Assembly (NCBI GenBank): GCA_934500875.1
Contig: CAKSTL010000005.1
Coordinates: 71,671 to 135,670 of the forward strand
DNA: 64,000 bases
From: an uncultured Clostridia bacterium
GTDB taxonomy: Bacteria > Bacillota > Clostridia > UMGS1810
Direction of reading: 5' to 3'
This document shows, one piece after another, positions 21,193-32,200 of this stretch; within the stretch, counting starts at the first letter, position 1; the number at the start of each line of letters is the position of its first letter. Under the pieces are notes generated by a model, which was not told where the DNA came from, ran no database searches, and was given only the letters and a program-made list of their open reading frames with translations. The position numbers and the translations under genes are program-made.

Positions 21193-21930
21193 ATGTTCTT
21201 TAAAAAGCATAAAAACATAAAAGCCGATAAAATGTCGTTTCCGAAGCACATTGCAATTATTATGGACGGCAACGGCAGATGGGCTAAAAAAAGGGGACTT
21301 CCGAGAAGTGCGGGACACTCTGCGGGGGCAAAAAATCTTGAAAATATTGTAAAGTATCTTAAGGACACAAGCGTAAGATACCTTACGGTTTATGCGTTTT
21401 CCACCGAAAACTGGAAAAGACCCAAAGCCGAGGTTGACGACCTTATGGCGCTGCTTGAAAGGTATCTTAGAAACTACGACGAGCTTCTCGGCGGCGAGGA
21501 TGTGCGCCTTAAGGTAATCGGCAGAAAAGACGGGCTTTCGGATACGCTTATAAAGCTGATTGACGAAGTTGAGGAAAAATCGAAAAACCGCAGGCAGCTT
21601 ACCGTAAACATTGCCTTAAACTACGGCGGCAGGCAGGAGATATGTGATGCGGCACGGCGTATTGCCTCCGATGTTTCGGACGGAAAGATAGCGCCCTCCG
21701 ATATAGACGAAAGCCTCTTTTCAAACTATGTTTACACAAAAGACGTTCCCGACCCCGACCTTATAATCCGCCCGAGCGGAGAGGAGCGGCTCAGCAATTT
21801 TCTTCTTTGGCAGTGCGCATATTCCGAGTTTTGGTTTTCTGATGTTTGCTGGCCCGATTTTACGCCCGGCAGGCTTGAAGAGGCGCTTTTGGATTTTCAG
21901 AAAAGAAACAGACGTTTCGGAGGTGTGTGA
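21193..21930 (+). CDS. uppS: isoprenyl transferase (undecaprenyl-diphosphate synthase)
   Basis: The motifs HIAIIMDGNGRWA, LTVYAFSTENWKRP and RLSNFLLWQ are present. Confidence 0.95.
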   Translation: MFFKKHKNIKADKMSFPKHIAIIMDGNGRWAKKRGLPRSAGHSAGAKNLENIVKYLKDTSVRYLTVYAFSTENWKRPKAEVDDLMALLERYLRNYDELLGGEDVRLKVIGRKDGLSDTLIKLIDEVEEKSKNRRQLTVNIALNYGGRQEICDAARRIASDVSDGKIAPSDIDESLFSNYVYTKDVPDPDLIIRPSGEERLSNFLLWQCAYSEFWFSDVCWPDFTPGRLEEALLDFQKRNRRFGGV

Positions 21931-21933
21931 TTT

Positions 21934-22779
21934 ATGCTGAAGGAAAGAGTTATATACGGCACGCTCGGCTTTGCGGCGGCGGTTGCGGTAATTTTGCAGG
22001 GCAGCATAGCGCTGAGCATTGCAATTTTTGCGCTTGTGGTTATGTCGCTGTTTGAAATGTATAAATCAACGGGACTTTTGAAAAAATATAAAGAGCTTAC
22101 CGCAATGGGATTTATATTTGCCTGTGCGGCAATGATATTCCTTTTGAATGCGGCAGTCAAGGGCGAAATAAATTATCGCGTCTTTTCGCAGGGCGTTTTG
22201 CAGGCGACGCTTGCATTCGGCTTTGTGCTTATGCTTTTTATGATTTTTATGCACGAAAAGGTGCATTTTTCCACCGTTTCAATGCTGTTTTTGGAAACCG
22301 TGTATATAACGGTGACGTTTGCGCATATAATTTTAATCAGCGGAGAAGATAACGGAAAATTCACCGTGTGGCTTGTGTTTTTCGGCGCCTGGGGGGCAGA
22401 TACGTTCGCCTATTTTGCAGGCAAAATTTTCGGCAGACACAAGCTTATAGAAAAGGTGTCGCCCAAAAAAACCGTTGAGGGCGCTCTCGGCGGAATTTTC
22501 GGAGATATTATCGTTTATGCGGTGTACGGCATAATTCTTTCAAAAAATCATATCGGCGTAAACTACATAAACCTTGTTGTATCGGGCGCTTTGGCGGCGG
22601 CTGTTTCGCAAATCGGCGACCTTATTATGTCGTGCATAAAGCGTGAAAATCACATAAAGGACTACGGCGATATCATTCCCGGCCACGGCGGAATTTTAGA
22701 CAGGTTCGACTCTGTTTTAACCGTTGCGCCGCTGATATTTTATCTTAACATCTATCTGCCGTCGGTTTTTATAAAGTAA
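21934..22779 (+). CDS. cdsA: phosphatidate cytidylyltransferase
   Basis: The CTP-transferase signature (KT.EG..GG..G...S..KR...KD) is present near the C-terminus of a polytopic membrane protein. Confidence 0.9.
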   Translation: MLKERVIYGTLGFAAAVAVILQGSIALSIAIFALVVMSLFEMYKSTGLLKKYKELTAMGFIFACAAMIFLLNAAVKGEINYRVFSQGVLQATLAFGFVLMLFMIFMHEKVHFSTVSMLFLETVYITVTFAHIILISGEDNGKFTVWLVFFGAWGADTFAYFAGKIFGRHKLIEKVSPKKTVEGALGGIFGDIIVYAVYGIILSKNHIGVNYINLVVSGALAAAVSQIGDLIMSCIKRENHIKDYGDIIPGHGGILDRFDSVLTVAPLIFYLNIYLPSVFIK

Positions 22780-22802
22780 GGGTATAAAAAAAGGAAAAAC
22801 AT

Positions 22803-23957
22803 ATGAAAAATATAACGGTTATGGGCTCTACCGGCTCAATCGGCACGCAGAGCCTTGAAATTGCCGAAAAAGACGAAAATATAAATATCTGCGCCCTTTC
22901 GGCGAACTCAAACGCAAGGCTTCTTTCGGAGCAGATACGCAAATTCAGACCGAACATTGCGTGCATTGCGGACGAAAAAAAGTACAGAGAGCTTTGCCTT
23001 GCGACAAATGATTTGAACACAAAAATCGTGTGCGGAAAAGACGGAATGATTGAAACTGCGTCGGAAAAAGAGGCTGACAGCGTGATTAATGCGGTTGTCG
23101 GCATAGCAGGGCTTGTTCCCACAATCTGCGCCGTGAAAGAAAAAAAGCGCCTTCTTCTGGCGAATAAGGAGTCGCTTGTGTGCGCAGGCGAAATTGTTAT
23201 GAGCCTTGCGGAAAAAAACGGTGTTGACATTATCCCCGTCGACAGCGAACACAGCGCAATTTTTCAGTGCTTAAACGGCGAAAACAGAAAAAACATCAAA
23301 AAAATATGGCTTACTGCGTCGGGCGGCCCGTTTTACGGCAAAAAGCGAGAGGAGCTTTGCAATAAAACCAAAACCGACGCTTTGAAACATCCTAACTGGA
23401 CTATGGGTGCAAAAATTACAATCGACAGCGCAACCCTTATGAACAAAGGGCTTGAAATTATTGAAGCAAAGCACCTTTTCGGGGTGGATATTGACGATAT
23501 AATTCCCGTAATTCACACCCAAAGCATTATACATTCAATGGTCGAGTTCTGCGACGGTTCGTTTATTGCGCAGCTCGGCTCGCCCGATATGCGCCTTCCT
23601 ATAAGCTATGCGATAAATTATCCCGAAAGAAAAGGTGCAATTTCGGATAAACTCGACATTTTCAAACATCCTTCGCTCACCTTTGACAAGCCCGATTACG
23701 ATACTTTTAAATGCCTTGGCCTTGCGGTTTCGGCATACAAAAGGGGCGGTCTGTACCCTGCCGTTTTAAACGGCGCAAACGAGGCGGCGGTGGATTTGTT
23801 TCTTAACGATAAAATCAAATTTTTGGATATTGCCGGTCTGGTGGAGGAGGCTCTTAAGAGCTTTGACCCGCCCTCCGCTCTTTCGCTCGATTCGGTTTTT
23901 GCGGCTGACAAAGAAGCGAGGAATATTGTATATGAGAAGGGATTAAGCCTATGTTGA
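22803..23957 (+). CDS. dxr: 1-deoxy-D-xylulose-5-phosphate reductoisomerase
   Basis: The motifs GSTGSIGTQSL, LANKESLV and DSEHSAIFQ are present. Confidence 0.95.
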   Translation: MKNITVMGSTGSIGTQSLEIAEKDENINICALSANSNARLLSEQIRKFRPNIACIADEKKYRELCLATNDLNTKIVCGKDGMIETASEKEADSVINAVVGIAGLVPTICAVKEKKRLLLANKESLVCAGEIVMSLAEKNGVDIIPVDSEHSAIFQCLNGENRKNIKKIWLTASGGPFYGKKREELCNKTKTDALKHPNWTMGAKITIDSATLMNKGLEIIEAKHLFGVDIDDIIPVIHTQSIIHSMVEFCDGSFIAQLGSPDMRLPISYAINYPERKGAISDKLDIFKHPSLTFDKPDYDTFKCLGLAVSAYKRGGLYPAVLNGANEAAVDLFLNDKIKFLDIAGLVEEALKSFDPPSALSLDSVFAADKEARNIVYEKGLSLC

Positions 23958-24982
23958 CGGCAGTTTGGACAGTTTTAATTTTTTGTGCAATAATTTTTAT
24001 ACACGAGCTTGGGCACTTTACCGCCGCAAAAGCGGTGGGAGTTACCGTTCACGAATTTTCAATCGGAATGGGTCCTAAGCTTTTTTCATTCGGCAAAAAA
24101 GAAACGGCATACAGCGTCAGGCTTTTGCCGCTGGGCGGATTTGTGCGTCTTGAGGGCGAGGATGACGACAGCGACAGCGAGGGCGCTTTGTGCAACAAAA
24201 AGCCGTGGCAGAAGTTTGTTGTGCTTTTTGCCGGCGGATTTATGAACTTTGTGCTGGGATTTGCAATTTTTATCTTTATTGCGGCAAATTCTTACCTTAC
24301 ATCAAATATAATCGGCACCGTTACAGACGGTTATTCCATGAAAGAGGCAGGCTTTTTGCCGGGCGACAAAATTGTTGCAATGCAGTCGGACAAAAAGGCG
24401 CACAAAATTTCAAGCTACAACGATATTATGCTGTTTAACATAACAAATTCAGCCGATAAGGCAAACATCACCGTTGTAAGAAACGGCGAAAAAATAACAA
24501 AACAGGCAGTGCTTAAGGCGGATGAGTCGGGCAGAAAAATTTTCGGCTTTACCCCGAAAATTTTGCCGAACACGCCGTTAAACGTCATAAAAGCGGCATA
24601 CGACAACTCGGTTTATATGGTAAAAACCGTTGCGCTGTCGCTGTGGTGGCTTGTAACGGGAAAGGTGTCGGTCACGCAGGTTTCGGGTCCTGTCGGAATT
24701 GTGACCGAAATCAATTCGGCAGTGTCAGAGAGCGGCGGATTTGAAGGCTTGATTCGTGCGCTGTCGCTTGCGGGGCTTATATCGATAAACCTCGGCGTTA
24801 TGAACCTTCTTCCTCTTCCGGCGCTTGACGGCGGCAGAATAGTTTTTGTAATCGCCGAAAAAATAATCGGACACAGGGTAAACCCCGAAAAAGAAGGGCT
24901 TGTTCACTTTATCGGATTTGCGCTTTTGATGGCTTTTATGATTTTTGTAACTTTTTCGGACATCCGCAAGCTTTTCGGGTAA
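23951..24982 (+). CDS. rseP: RIP metalloprotease RseP (site-2 protease)
   Basis: An HELGH zinc motif, an internal PDZ domain and the C-terminal motif LNLLPLPALDGG are present. Confidence 0.9.
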   Translation: MLTAVWTVLIFCAIIFIHELGHFTAAKAVGVTVHEFSIGMGPKLFSFGKKETAYSVRLLPLGGFVRLEGEDDDSDSEGALCNKKPWQKFVVLFAGGFMNFVLGFAIFIFIAANSYLTSNIIGTVTDGYSMKEAGFLPGDKIVAMQSDKKAHKISSYNDIMLFNITNSADKANITVVRNGEKITKQAVLKADESGRKIFGFTPKILPNTPLNVIKAAYDNSVYMVKTVALSLWWLVTGKVSVTQVSGPVGIVTEINSAVSESGGFEGLIRALSLAGLISINLGVMNLLPLPALDGGRIVFVIAEKIIGHRVNPEKEGLVHFIGFALLMAFMIFVTFSDIRKLFG

Positions 24983-25043
24983 TTAATTGCGTCCTTTTCT
25001 CATAAAATTATACTAAATCTTAATTAGACAAGAGAGGTTTGGT

Positions 25044-25940
25044 ATGGATTTTAATAATCTTGATTATGAAAAAATGACAAAGCACTTGTCAAATCTTGTG
25101 AAAAAATACCCGTTTGCAGGCGTGTTTTCGTGCGGAAAATCGGTTTTGGGACGGGATATTCTGTGCATAAGACTGGGCAAGGGAAAAAGAAAAATCTTTT
25201 TAAACGGGGCGCACCATTCGCTTGAGTGGATAACATCATCGCTGCTTTTAAGCTATGCGCTCGATTATGCCGCAGCGCTCAGGGACGAAACGGAAATCTG
25301 CGGCTGCGACATTTTGAAAATCTATGAAAGCGCAACCTTTTTTATTATGCCAATGGTAAATCCCGACGGGGTTGATTTTGTGATAAACGGCATAAAAAAG
25401 GAAAATCCTTCGTATCAGCTTGTGAGGGACGCTCTTTGCGGCAAAAATGTTAAAAAATACTGGCAGGCAAACGCAAACGGCGTTGACCTTAATCACAATT
25501 ACGACGCAATGTTTGACGAAGGTAAAAAAATGGAGCGGAAAATGGGGATATCGGGTGCAAATTACACAAGATATTCGGGAGAAAAACCGTTTTCCGAGCC
25601 TGAAACACAGGCGGTGAAATCGCTCTTTGAGAAAGAAAAATTCGATATTTCGGTCGCCTTCCATTCGCAGGGCGAAGAAATTTATTACGACTTTGCAAAA
25701 AAATCAAAATATAAGCATATCGCCAATCTTCTGGCAAAAAGCTCGGGATATACCGTTGCCGAAACGGACGGAATTGCCTCTGTAACGGGGTTTAAAGACT
25801 GGGTTGTGGATAAATTCGGCAAGCCGTCGTTCACGGTGGAGGTCGGAAGCGGTCAGAATCCGCTGCCGTATTCTCAGTTTGAAAAAATACGAAAGGATAA
25901 CTATGCGCTCATAACCGAGTGCGCATTTTTGCGACTATGA
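25044..25940 (+). CDS. M14 family zinc carboxypeptidase (gamma-D-glutamyl-meso-diaminopimelate peptidase-like)
   Basis: The zinc ligand context NGAHHSLEW is present. Motifs NPDG and H..G typical of M14 family proteins were also seen. Confidence 0.75.
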   Translation: MDFNNLDYEKMTKHLSNLVKKYPFAGVFSCGKSVLGRDILCIRLGKGKRKIFLNGAHHSLEWITSSLLLSYALDYAAALRDETEICGCDILKIYESATFFIMPMVNPDGVDFVINGIKKENPSYQLVRDALCGKNVKKYWQANANGVDLNHNYDAMFDEGKKMERKMGISGANYTRYSGEKPFSEPETQAVKSLFEKEKFDISVAFHSQGEEIYYDFAKKSKYKHIANLLAKSSGYTVAETDGIASVTGFKDWVVDKFGKPSFTVEVGSGQNPLPYSQFEKIRKDNYALITECAFLRL

Positions 25941-26920
25941 AAAAAAAGCTTCTTATCGTCTGCATATTTTTTGCACTTCTCGCTCTTGTATCCGGCATAA
26001 CTTTTATGTATTCGTACGAAAAAACCGAGTTTTTGCTCAATACATACGTTACGCTGAGCATTAAGGGGTTCGGCTCAAAAAAAGCGGCGGACGAGTGCTT
26101 TGAAAAGATAAGAAGTTTTGAGAAAAAATGCAGTGTTTATATAGAAAACAGCGACATTTCAAATCTTAACAAAAGCGGCGGAAAGACTCTTGACAATGAG
26201 GAGGCAGACCTTATAAAAAGAGCCTGCGAATATTCAAAAATCACAGACGGAGCGTTTGACATAACCGTAAAACCGCTGACGGATTTGTGGAATATCAAAA
26301 ATTTTACACGTGTTCCGTCTGATGATGAAATTTTAAAAACAATGCCGAAAATCGGGTATGAAAACATCAAAATTTCGGATAGTTTTGTGCGGCTCGAAAA
26401 CGGTGCGCAGATAGATTTCGGCGGCATTGCAAAGGGATATCTTGCAGACAGGTGCGCCGAAATTATGCAAAAATACCGCATAGAAAGCGCAGTTTTGGAT
26501 TTGGGCGGAAATATTTATGCCGTCGGCAAAAAGGATATCAAAATCGGTCTGCAAAATCCAAACGGCGCAAGAGGCGAATATTTCGGCTACATAGAGGGAA
26601 ATAATATATCGGTCACAACAAGCGGCGGCTATGAGCGGTTTGCCGAATTTAACGGAAAAAAATATCATCACATTATAAGTCCGTTTGACGGGAAATGCGC
26701 CGAAAGCGGCGTTATAAGCGCAACGGTGTGCGGCAAAAACAGCGAGGAATGTGACGCTCTGGCAACGGCAATCTGCGTTCTGGGTACGGACAAGGGTCTT
26801 GAAATCATAAATTTGCAAAAGGGCGCCGAGTGTGTTATCGTGGACGAAAATAACCGTGTTTACACTTCGGACGGTATAAATTTTAAAATTACGAATGACG
26901 ATTTTGTAAGGGGAAACTGA
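25937..26920 (+). CDS. apbE: FAD:protein FMN transferase (ApbE family)
   Basis: A signal/lipoprotein-like N-terminus is followed by ApbE core motifs ([21 protein letters not shown]). The start ATG overlaps the upstream stop (ATGA). Confidence 0.8.
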   Translation: MKKKLLIVCIFFALLALVSGITFMYSYEKTEFLLNTYVTLSIKGFGSKKAADECFEKIRSFEKKCSVYIENSDISNLNKSGGKTLDNEEADLIKRACEYSKITDGAFDITVKPLTDLWNIKNFTRVPSDDEILKTMPKIGYENIKISDSFVRLENGAQIDFGGIAKGYLADRCAEIMQKYRIESAVLDLGGNIYAVGKKDIKIGLQNPNGARGEYFGYIEGNNISVTTSGGYERFAEFNGKKYHHIISPFDGKCAESGVISATVCGKNSEECDALATAICVLGTDKGLEIINLQKGAECVIVDENNRVYTSDGINFKITNDDFVRGN

Positions 26921-26921
26921 T

Positions 26922-27827
26922 ATGGAAAAATATGATGTTGTAATAATAGGCGCAGGCCCGGCAGGGCTTAATGCGGCGCTGTATTCCGCACGTGCAGGGC
27001 TTAAAACCCTTGTTCTGGAACGTCTTTTTGCGGGCGGACAGGCAGCCACCACAAGCGAGGTTGATAATTTTATCGGCACCGGTAAAATAGGCGGCGCTGC
27101 GCTTTGCATGCAAATGGAAAAACAGGCAAAATCATTCGGCGCAGAGGTGAAATATGAGGACGTTTTAAGCCTTGATACGTCCGAAAAAAAGATTGTCACA
27201 AAAAAGAATACCTACCTTGCAAGAGCGGTGATTATCGCAACAGGTGCAAGTCCGAGAAAAATAGGCGTAGACGGCGAAGAAAAGTTTCGCGGAAGGGGCG
27301 TTTCGTACTGCGCAACGTGCGACGGCGGATTTTTTAAAGACAAAACGGCGTGTGTGCTCGGCGGCGGCGACACGGCGGCAGAGGACGCACTTTATCTTTC
27401 AAATATCTGCAAAAAAGTGTATGTAATTCACCGTCGGGATAAATTCAGAGCGGCGGCAAAAACCGTCGAAAAGCTTTATAATAACAGCAAAATTGAAATT
27501 GTTTTGAATACCGTTGCCGAAAAAATAAACGGCGGCGATTTTGTAAATTCCGTCAGCGTAAAAAACGTTGCAAGCGGCGAAAAAAGAGAAATTTCAACCG
27601 ACGCAGTGTTTGTTGCCGCAGGAAACATTCCGTCAAATGCGCTCTTTAAGGGAATGATAAAAACCGACGAGAACGGATATATAATAGTAGATAAAAATAT
27701 GCGCACCGATAAAGAGAATATCTATGCGGCGGGCGACGTGTGCCAAAAGCCCTTGCGGCAGATAATTACAGCGTGTGCGGACGGTGCGGTGGCGGCTTCT
27801 TCGGCGGCGGAGGACATTATGGAGTAA
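26922..27827 (+). CDS. trxB: thioredoxin-disulfide reductase
   Basis: The FAD motif GAGPAG, the redox-active CATC and the NADPH motif GGGDTA are present. Confidence 0.9.
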   Translation: MEKYDVVIIGAGPAGLNAALYSARAGLKTLVLERLFAGGQAATTSEVDNFIGTGKIGGAALCMQMEKQAKSFGAEVKYEDVLSLDTSEKKIVTKKNTYLARAVIIATGASPRKIGVDGEEKFRGRGVSYCATCDGGFFKDKTACVLGGGDTAAEDALYLSNICKKVYVIHRRDKFRAAAKTVEKLYNNSKIEIVLNTVAEKINGGDFVNSVSVKNVASGEKREISTDAVFVAAGNIPSNALFKGMIKTDENGYIIVDKNMRTDKENIYAAGDVCQKPLRQIITACADGAVAASSAAEDIME

Positions 27828-27892
27828 ATGCACAAAAAGCAGTGCTTTATTTGTATAAACTCACGAAAAAACAAAATTATTTAAATTTGCTA

Positions 27893-27934
27893 TTGAAAAA
27901 TTTTAGCGTTGGCTTTATAATAAACTTGTATAAT
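27893..27934 (+). promoter_or_regulatory. sigma-A type promoter(s) for the surface-protein locus
   Basis: TTGAAA (27893-27898), a 17 nt spacer and TATAAT (27916-27921) form one promoter. A second extended -10 TGTATAAT lies at 27927-27934. Confidence 0.5.
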
Positions 27935-28061
27935 TGGAAAAATGGCTTTAAATCCTTATAAGGCTGTTTTGCAAAAAGGAGGGATTTGGAAAAATCATTT
28001 CTTTGCAAGGTCATTTATACGAAACGTTTTTTAAAATTAAAAAAGGAGATGGAGAAAGATT

Positions 28062-29135
28062 ATGAAAAACATTTTCAAAAGAGCTTTGGCTCTCACAATG
28101 ACAACGGCTTTGTTCGCTGTTTCCGCTTTTGCAGCACCTGCACCTGTATACAACAGTGTATCTTATGATAAGACGACAGGTGAGCTTAAAGCAACGGTTT
28201 CGGGCTATGAACAGGGCAAGGACGCAACAATTCTTATTCTTAGAAAAGGTGTGGCACCCGCAACCGCAGGCAGTGATGATATTATTTATATCGATCAGAT
28301 TGACGGCAAAGACATTGCCGCAGACGGTACATACACATTTACCGCTCCCATTAAAGAAAGAGCGGCTGAAAAATCCGCTGCAGAAGTTAACCTTTATGTG
28401 GGCGGCGAAAACGTTACTGCGGCTAAGGTTTATACAAAAGCAGGCGACACAGGCGCAACCGATATCAACCTTTCGGACGGCGGCGATACACCCGAAGTTT
28501 CGTATGATGCATCTGTTCCGACAGGTACATATAAAACAATTGATGAAGCAATCGCTGTATTGGTTGTAACAAAGACAGAAGGCGCTACAACTACAACCCT
28601 TACTTCTTCCGACTACACGGTTGAAAAAGTGCAGGATGCAACAGATGCAAATAAGTATACTCTTATAATTAAAATCGGCGGCGCAGAAGTTGCAAGAACA
28701 ACTGCTACTGTTACTCCCGATACACCGACTCCGGGTACGGCAACAGGCATTAAGGGCGAAGTAAAATACGCTTTGAGTTCAGGCGACAAAGTTGCTCCTT
28801 ATGCATTGGTATTGGTAACAAAGACGAACAGTGCGGATATTGTTAAAACAGCTGTAACAGGCGCTGACGGTAAGTTTGAAATTGAAGGGCTTGACGCAGG
28901 CGATTACAGAGTGATTGTTAGATGGGTTCTCTTGCGTCCGGCTAGAGTAACAAACTATCCGAATGCTGTAACTACAGTGACAGTAACAGAAGGAAATATG
29001 ACAACGGCTGAAACAGACAGCAAAGGCTACATCCGCATAAGATCTGTGCTTACCGGTGATACGAACGAGGACGGTAAGGTTGATGGTACTGACTATTCAA
29101 ACGTTGTAAATAATTACGGTAAGTCTGTAAACTAA
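28062..29135 (+). CDS. secreted protein with CnaB/carboxypeptidase-regulatory-like beta-sandwich domain and a single C-terminal dockerin-like Ca-binding repeat
   Basis: A signal peptide (MKNIFKRALALTMTTALFAVSAFA) is present. A CnaB-like segment (KGEVKYAL...ADGKFEIEGLDAGDYRVIV) follows. The C-terminal DTNEDGKVDGTD plus DYSNVVNNYG resembles a dockerin F-hand. Confidence 0.6.
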   Translation: MKNIFKRALALTMTTALFAVSAFAAPAPVYNSVSYDKTTGELKATVSGYEQGKDATILILRKGVAPATAGSDDIIYIDQIDGKDIAADGTYTFTAPIKERAAEKSAAEVNLYVGGENVTAAKVYTKAGDTGATDINLSDGGDTPEVSYDASVPTGTYKTIDEAIAVLVVTKTEGATTTTLTSSDYTVEKVQDATDANKYTLIIKIGGAEVARTTATVTPDTPTPGTATGIKGEVKYALSSGDKVAPYALVLVTKTNSADIVKTAVTGADGKFEIEGLDAGDYRVIVRWVLLRPARVTNYPNAVTTVTVTEGNMTTAETDSKGYIRIRSVLTGDTNEDGKVDGTDYSNVVNNYGKSVN

Positions 29136-29230
29136 TCTGTATAGAAAGCTATGCAAATAAGATTGGGTTACCTCAATCTTATTTGCGGCTTTATTAATAA
29201 CTAACAACACTATATAGGAGGAACCAGTTA

Positions 29231-32200
29231 ATGAAAAATTTTAACAAGATTATCAGTTTAATAACTGTAGCAGTTCTTGTTCTGTCAATGATGGCAGTTC
29301 CCGCATTTGCCGTTACTGCAGTTAACACTATTCCCACATCACTCGGTGGAGAAAAAGTTGCTGTTACATATTATTCTGATGCAGCACTTTCAACCCCTAT
29401 TACTTCGGCAAATAAGGGTGATGAAATTTACGCAAAAGTAACACTTAATATTCCTACCGGTACGTTTTCAAAGCTTCAGGTAGCTCTCGCAGCTCAAAAT
29501 GCTACAATTGAGCAGTCTTTGGATACTTTTACTGCAAGTAAACCGGCAGAACTTTCAATATTTGAATATGCGGCAGTCGGCAACGAAATTTCTGCTGACA
29601 AAACAAGTGCAAAATTGTTTATCAGTAAGTCAACAGAAGGTCAGTTTGATTCGCCTAAAGACGCTTGGGCGGATTATGAACCTGATATGACAGGTCCGTG
29701 GTACAGCAATGTAGGAATTTATTCGTTTGATGTTAATGCATACAAATTAACAGTTACCGGCGATACAGGTAAAGTTGCCTTTAGTCGTGTATCGGGCGGC
29801 GAAAACGTACTCGAAATCGGTGAGTTTGACGTTGATAACTATACTACTGTACCTACTTCCTTCACTGTTGAAGATGCAGGTGTTACAATCGGTGGAAGTG
29901 AACCTGCAAAGAAAAAGGTATCGTATTCTGCTGCATGGACAGACAGCAGCGTAACATATGACGAATCTTTGGATGATGAAGCTCTTAAGGCAGCAATAAA
30001 AGCAAACCTCACGGTTAAAAAGCTTGTTGACGGCACACCTGAATCCACAAATCCGGTTTACGAAATTGTTATGGACAGAGCTGCTAAGACAATTAAAGTA
30101 ACTATAACAGATACGTTGCTTGCAGACGAAGAACTTGCAGTCGGCGCAGAAAAAGCATTTAATCTTAACTTTGATTATACTGCTAAAACGGATACTTATA
30201 CTCTTAAATCTATCAAATTCGGCGAAGAAGATATCACAGGTAAAACCGAATTTGACGTAGATTACACAAATTATAAAACTCTCGGCGATGTCGCAAATGC
30301 TATCACTGTTACAATGCTTAAAAACGGCACTGACGAAGTTCCGGCAGCGCTTGGCAGCGATTATGTTTTAAACTCTAAATTTGTTGAAAATGCAAATCGC
30401 TCAACACTTGAAATTAAATTTGAAGGCCTTGACGGTGCTATCAGCAGACTTAAAAACGAAGCTGCAAAGACATTTGTTGCTAACTGGAAAAATACAGAAA
30501 TTGTTTGGTCGAATGTCAAAGTTAATGTCCCCGACCCGTTCTCATTTGCCAAGAGTACAGTTTCGGAAAAGGTTATTAAAGACTCTATAACTGTTACAGG
30601 CGACAGAAAAGACGGCTTTAAAGACGTTGAAGAAGGCATTAAACTTACAGAGGGAGTACACTATACAGTTACGGTTCCCGCAGATTTGAAAAACGGCGAC
30701 GAGATTATCATTAAATTTAATGACGCTGTTGACAACCTTAGCACGGTAACTGATGTTACCAGATTTATTGAGATAACCGAAGACGAAATTACCTGGTCTG
30801 GTTATGAGGCTTCGTTTAAGGACGTAACAACATTTACAGGTAAAGAAACAGACGATTATATTAAGGGCAATGTTGTTGTTAAAGCGTTAAGAAGTGTGAA
30901 CGGCACTCCCGACAGTGAAAAAACAGCGATTTCGGGTTATGATGTTGCAATCACAAGAGCAGAGGGCGAAAACGCTTCAAAAGCTGTAATCACCTTCGGT
31001 GACGGCGAACACAAAGACGCTGCAGTTGACGATTTGACATTTACCGTTCAGCCGAATTACGATACGGTTGTTGCTGATATGCCCAAAACTTCGTTTGCCG
31101 AAGGCGCAACAGATGAAGAAATTTTGAATGCATTGAAAGTTACAGCTAAAAAATGGTTCTACGGTTCTGACAAACCGGAACTGGCAGAAACTGTAACACT
31201 TGAACGCGGTTCGGATTACACCGCAGTTCTTGAAGGCAACACAGTCAGAATTTCGGCTGCCGGTGCTGATTTTAATGAAGTTATCGGCAAGACATTTACT
31301 ATTGTTAAAGGCGCAAAAGCTACGGCTGTTATCGCATTTACAAATGCAACAGATAACAAAATCAACAAAGGCACAGCTTTGAAAGGTAAACTTTCTTTAG
31401 ATACCACAGAAAATATTTACGGCGGTAAAATTACACTTTCAACCACAAAAGGTGAATTTGATGAATTTACCATCAACAGCAATTGCGAGATCAAGAATGT
31501 AGATAAGACTGTTTCCGGTAAGTATACATTCGAGTTTACGAAAAAAGCCGGTGTGGCATCTGTAAGCGACATTGGTACATTCACAATTAACACTGATTCT
31601 ATGAACAAAGATGACGAAATCAGGGTTGAGGTTGAGTCTGTTGCTCTTGACACTGTAGGCGGAGGCGATTTTGTTGACGTTCCTTCGGCTAAGGGTGATG
31701 CGAAAACCGCTACCGTTACGGAAACAGCTCCTGCTCCGACAGAAGCTAAGCTTCCCGACGCTTCGTTTGATATCAAAACTCTCGGCGCATTAAATTCTGT
31801 TATTGACAGATTTAAAGACGCTGTTACACTTGTAAACACAACAGATTCTTCGGTTGTTGCAGATGCTGCCGCTCTTAAGGCTGCTATCACAATTGACGAA
31901 ACAGACCTTAATAACAAGAAACTTGTTATCAAGGATTTGACAGTTCCGGCTTTGAGCACAACAGCTTATACTTATGAGCTTGCTGTTGCAGTTCCGGGTT
32001 ACACAAAAGCTAAAGTTACATTCACAGTAACATACAACGAAACAACTAACGATTATGATGTTACAGGCGGTACAGTCGGCGAAGGCGCAAAGAAAAACAC
32101 AATCTATGCCGGCGACAACGATTCTGACAACACAATCACAGCTACTTCGGTTACAGCTAACGACTATGCTAACCTCGTTGCAAAATTCGGCGAAGCTGTT

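Noticed and set aside
26333-27199. 288 aa minus-strand ORF overlapping apbE and trxB
   Set aside because: It lies entirely antisense within two well-supported plus-strand genes. It is Cys/Ala/Phe-rich low-complexity sequence with no RBS and is judged spurious. The same reasoning applies to 6337-6987 (-), 2838-3116 (-), 57219-57653 (+), 58032-58916 (+), 7684-8238 (-), 36171-36659 (+) and other antisense ORFs in the track.
28129-28569. 146 aa alternative-frame ORF inside the first surface-protein gene
   Set aside because: It overlaps the same strand in a different frame from a gene with signal peptide and domain structure. Its composition (Q/H/L-rich) is typical of frame-shifted noise.
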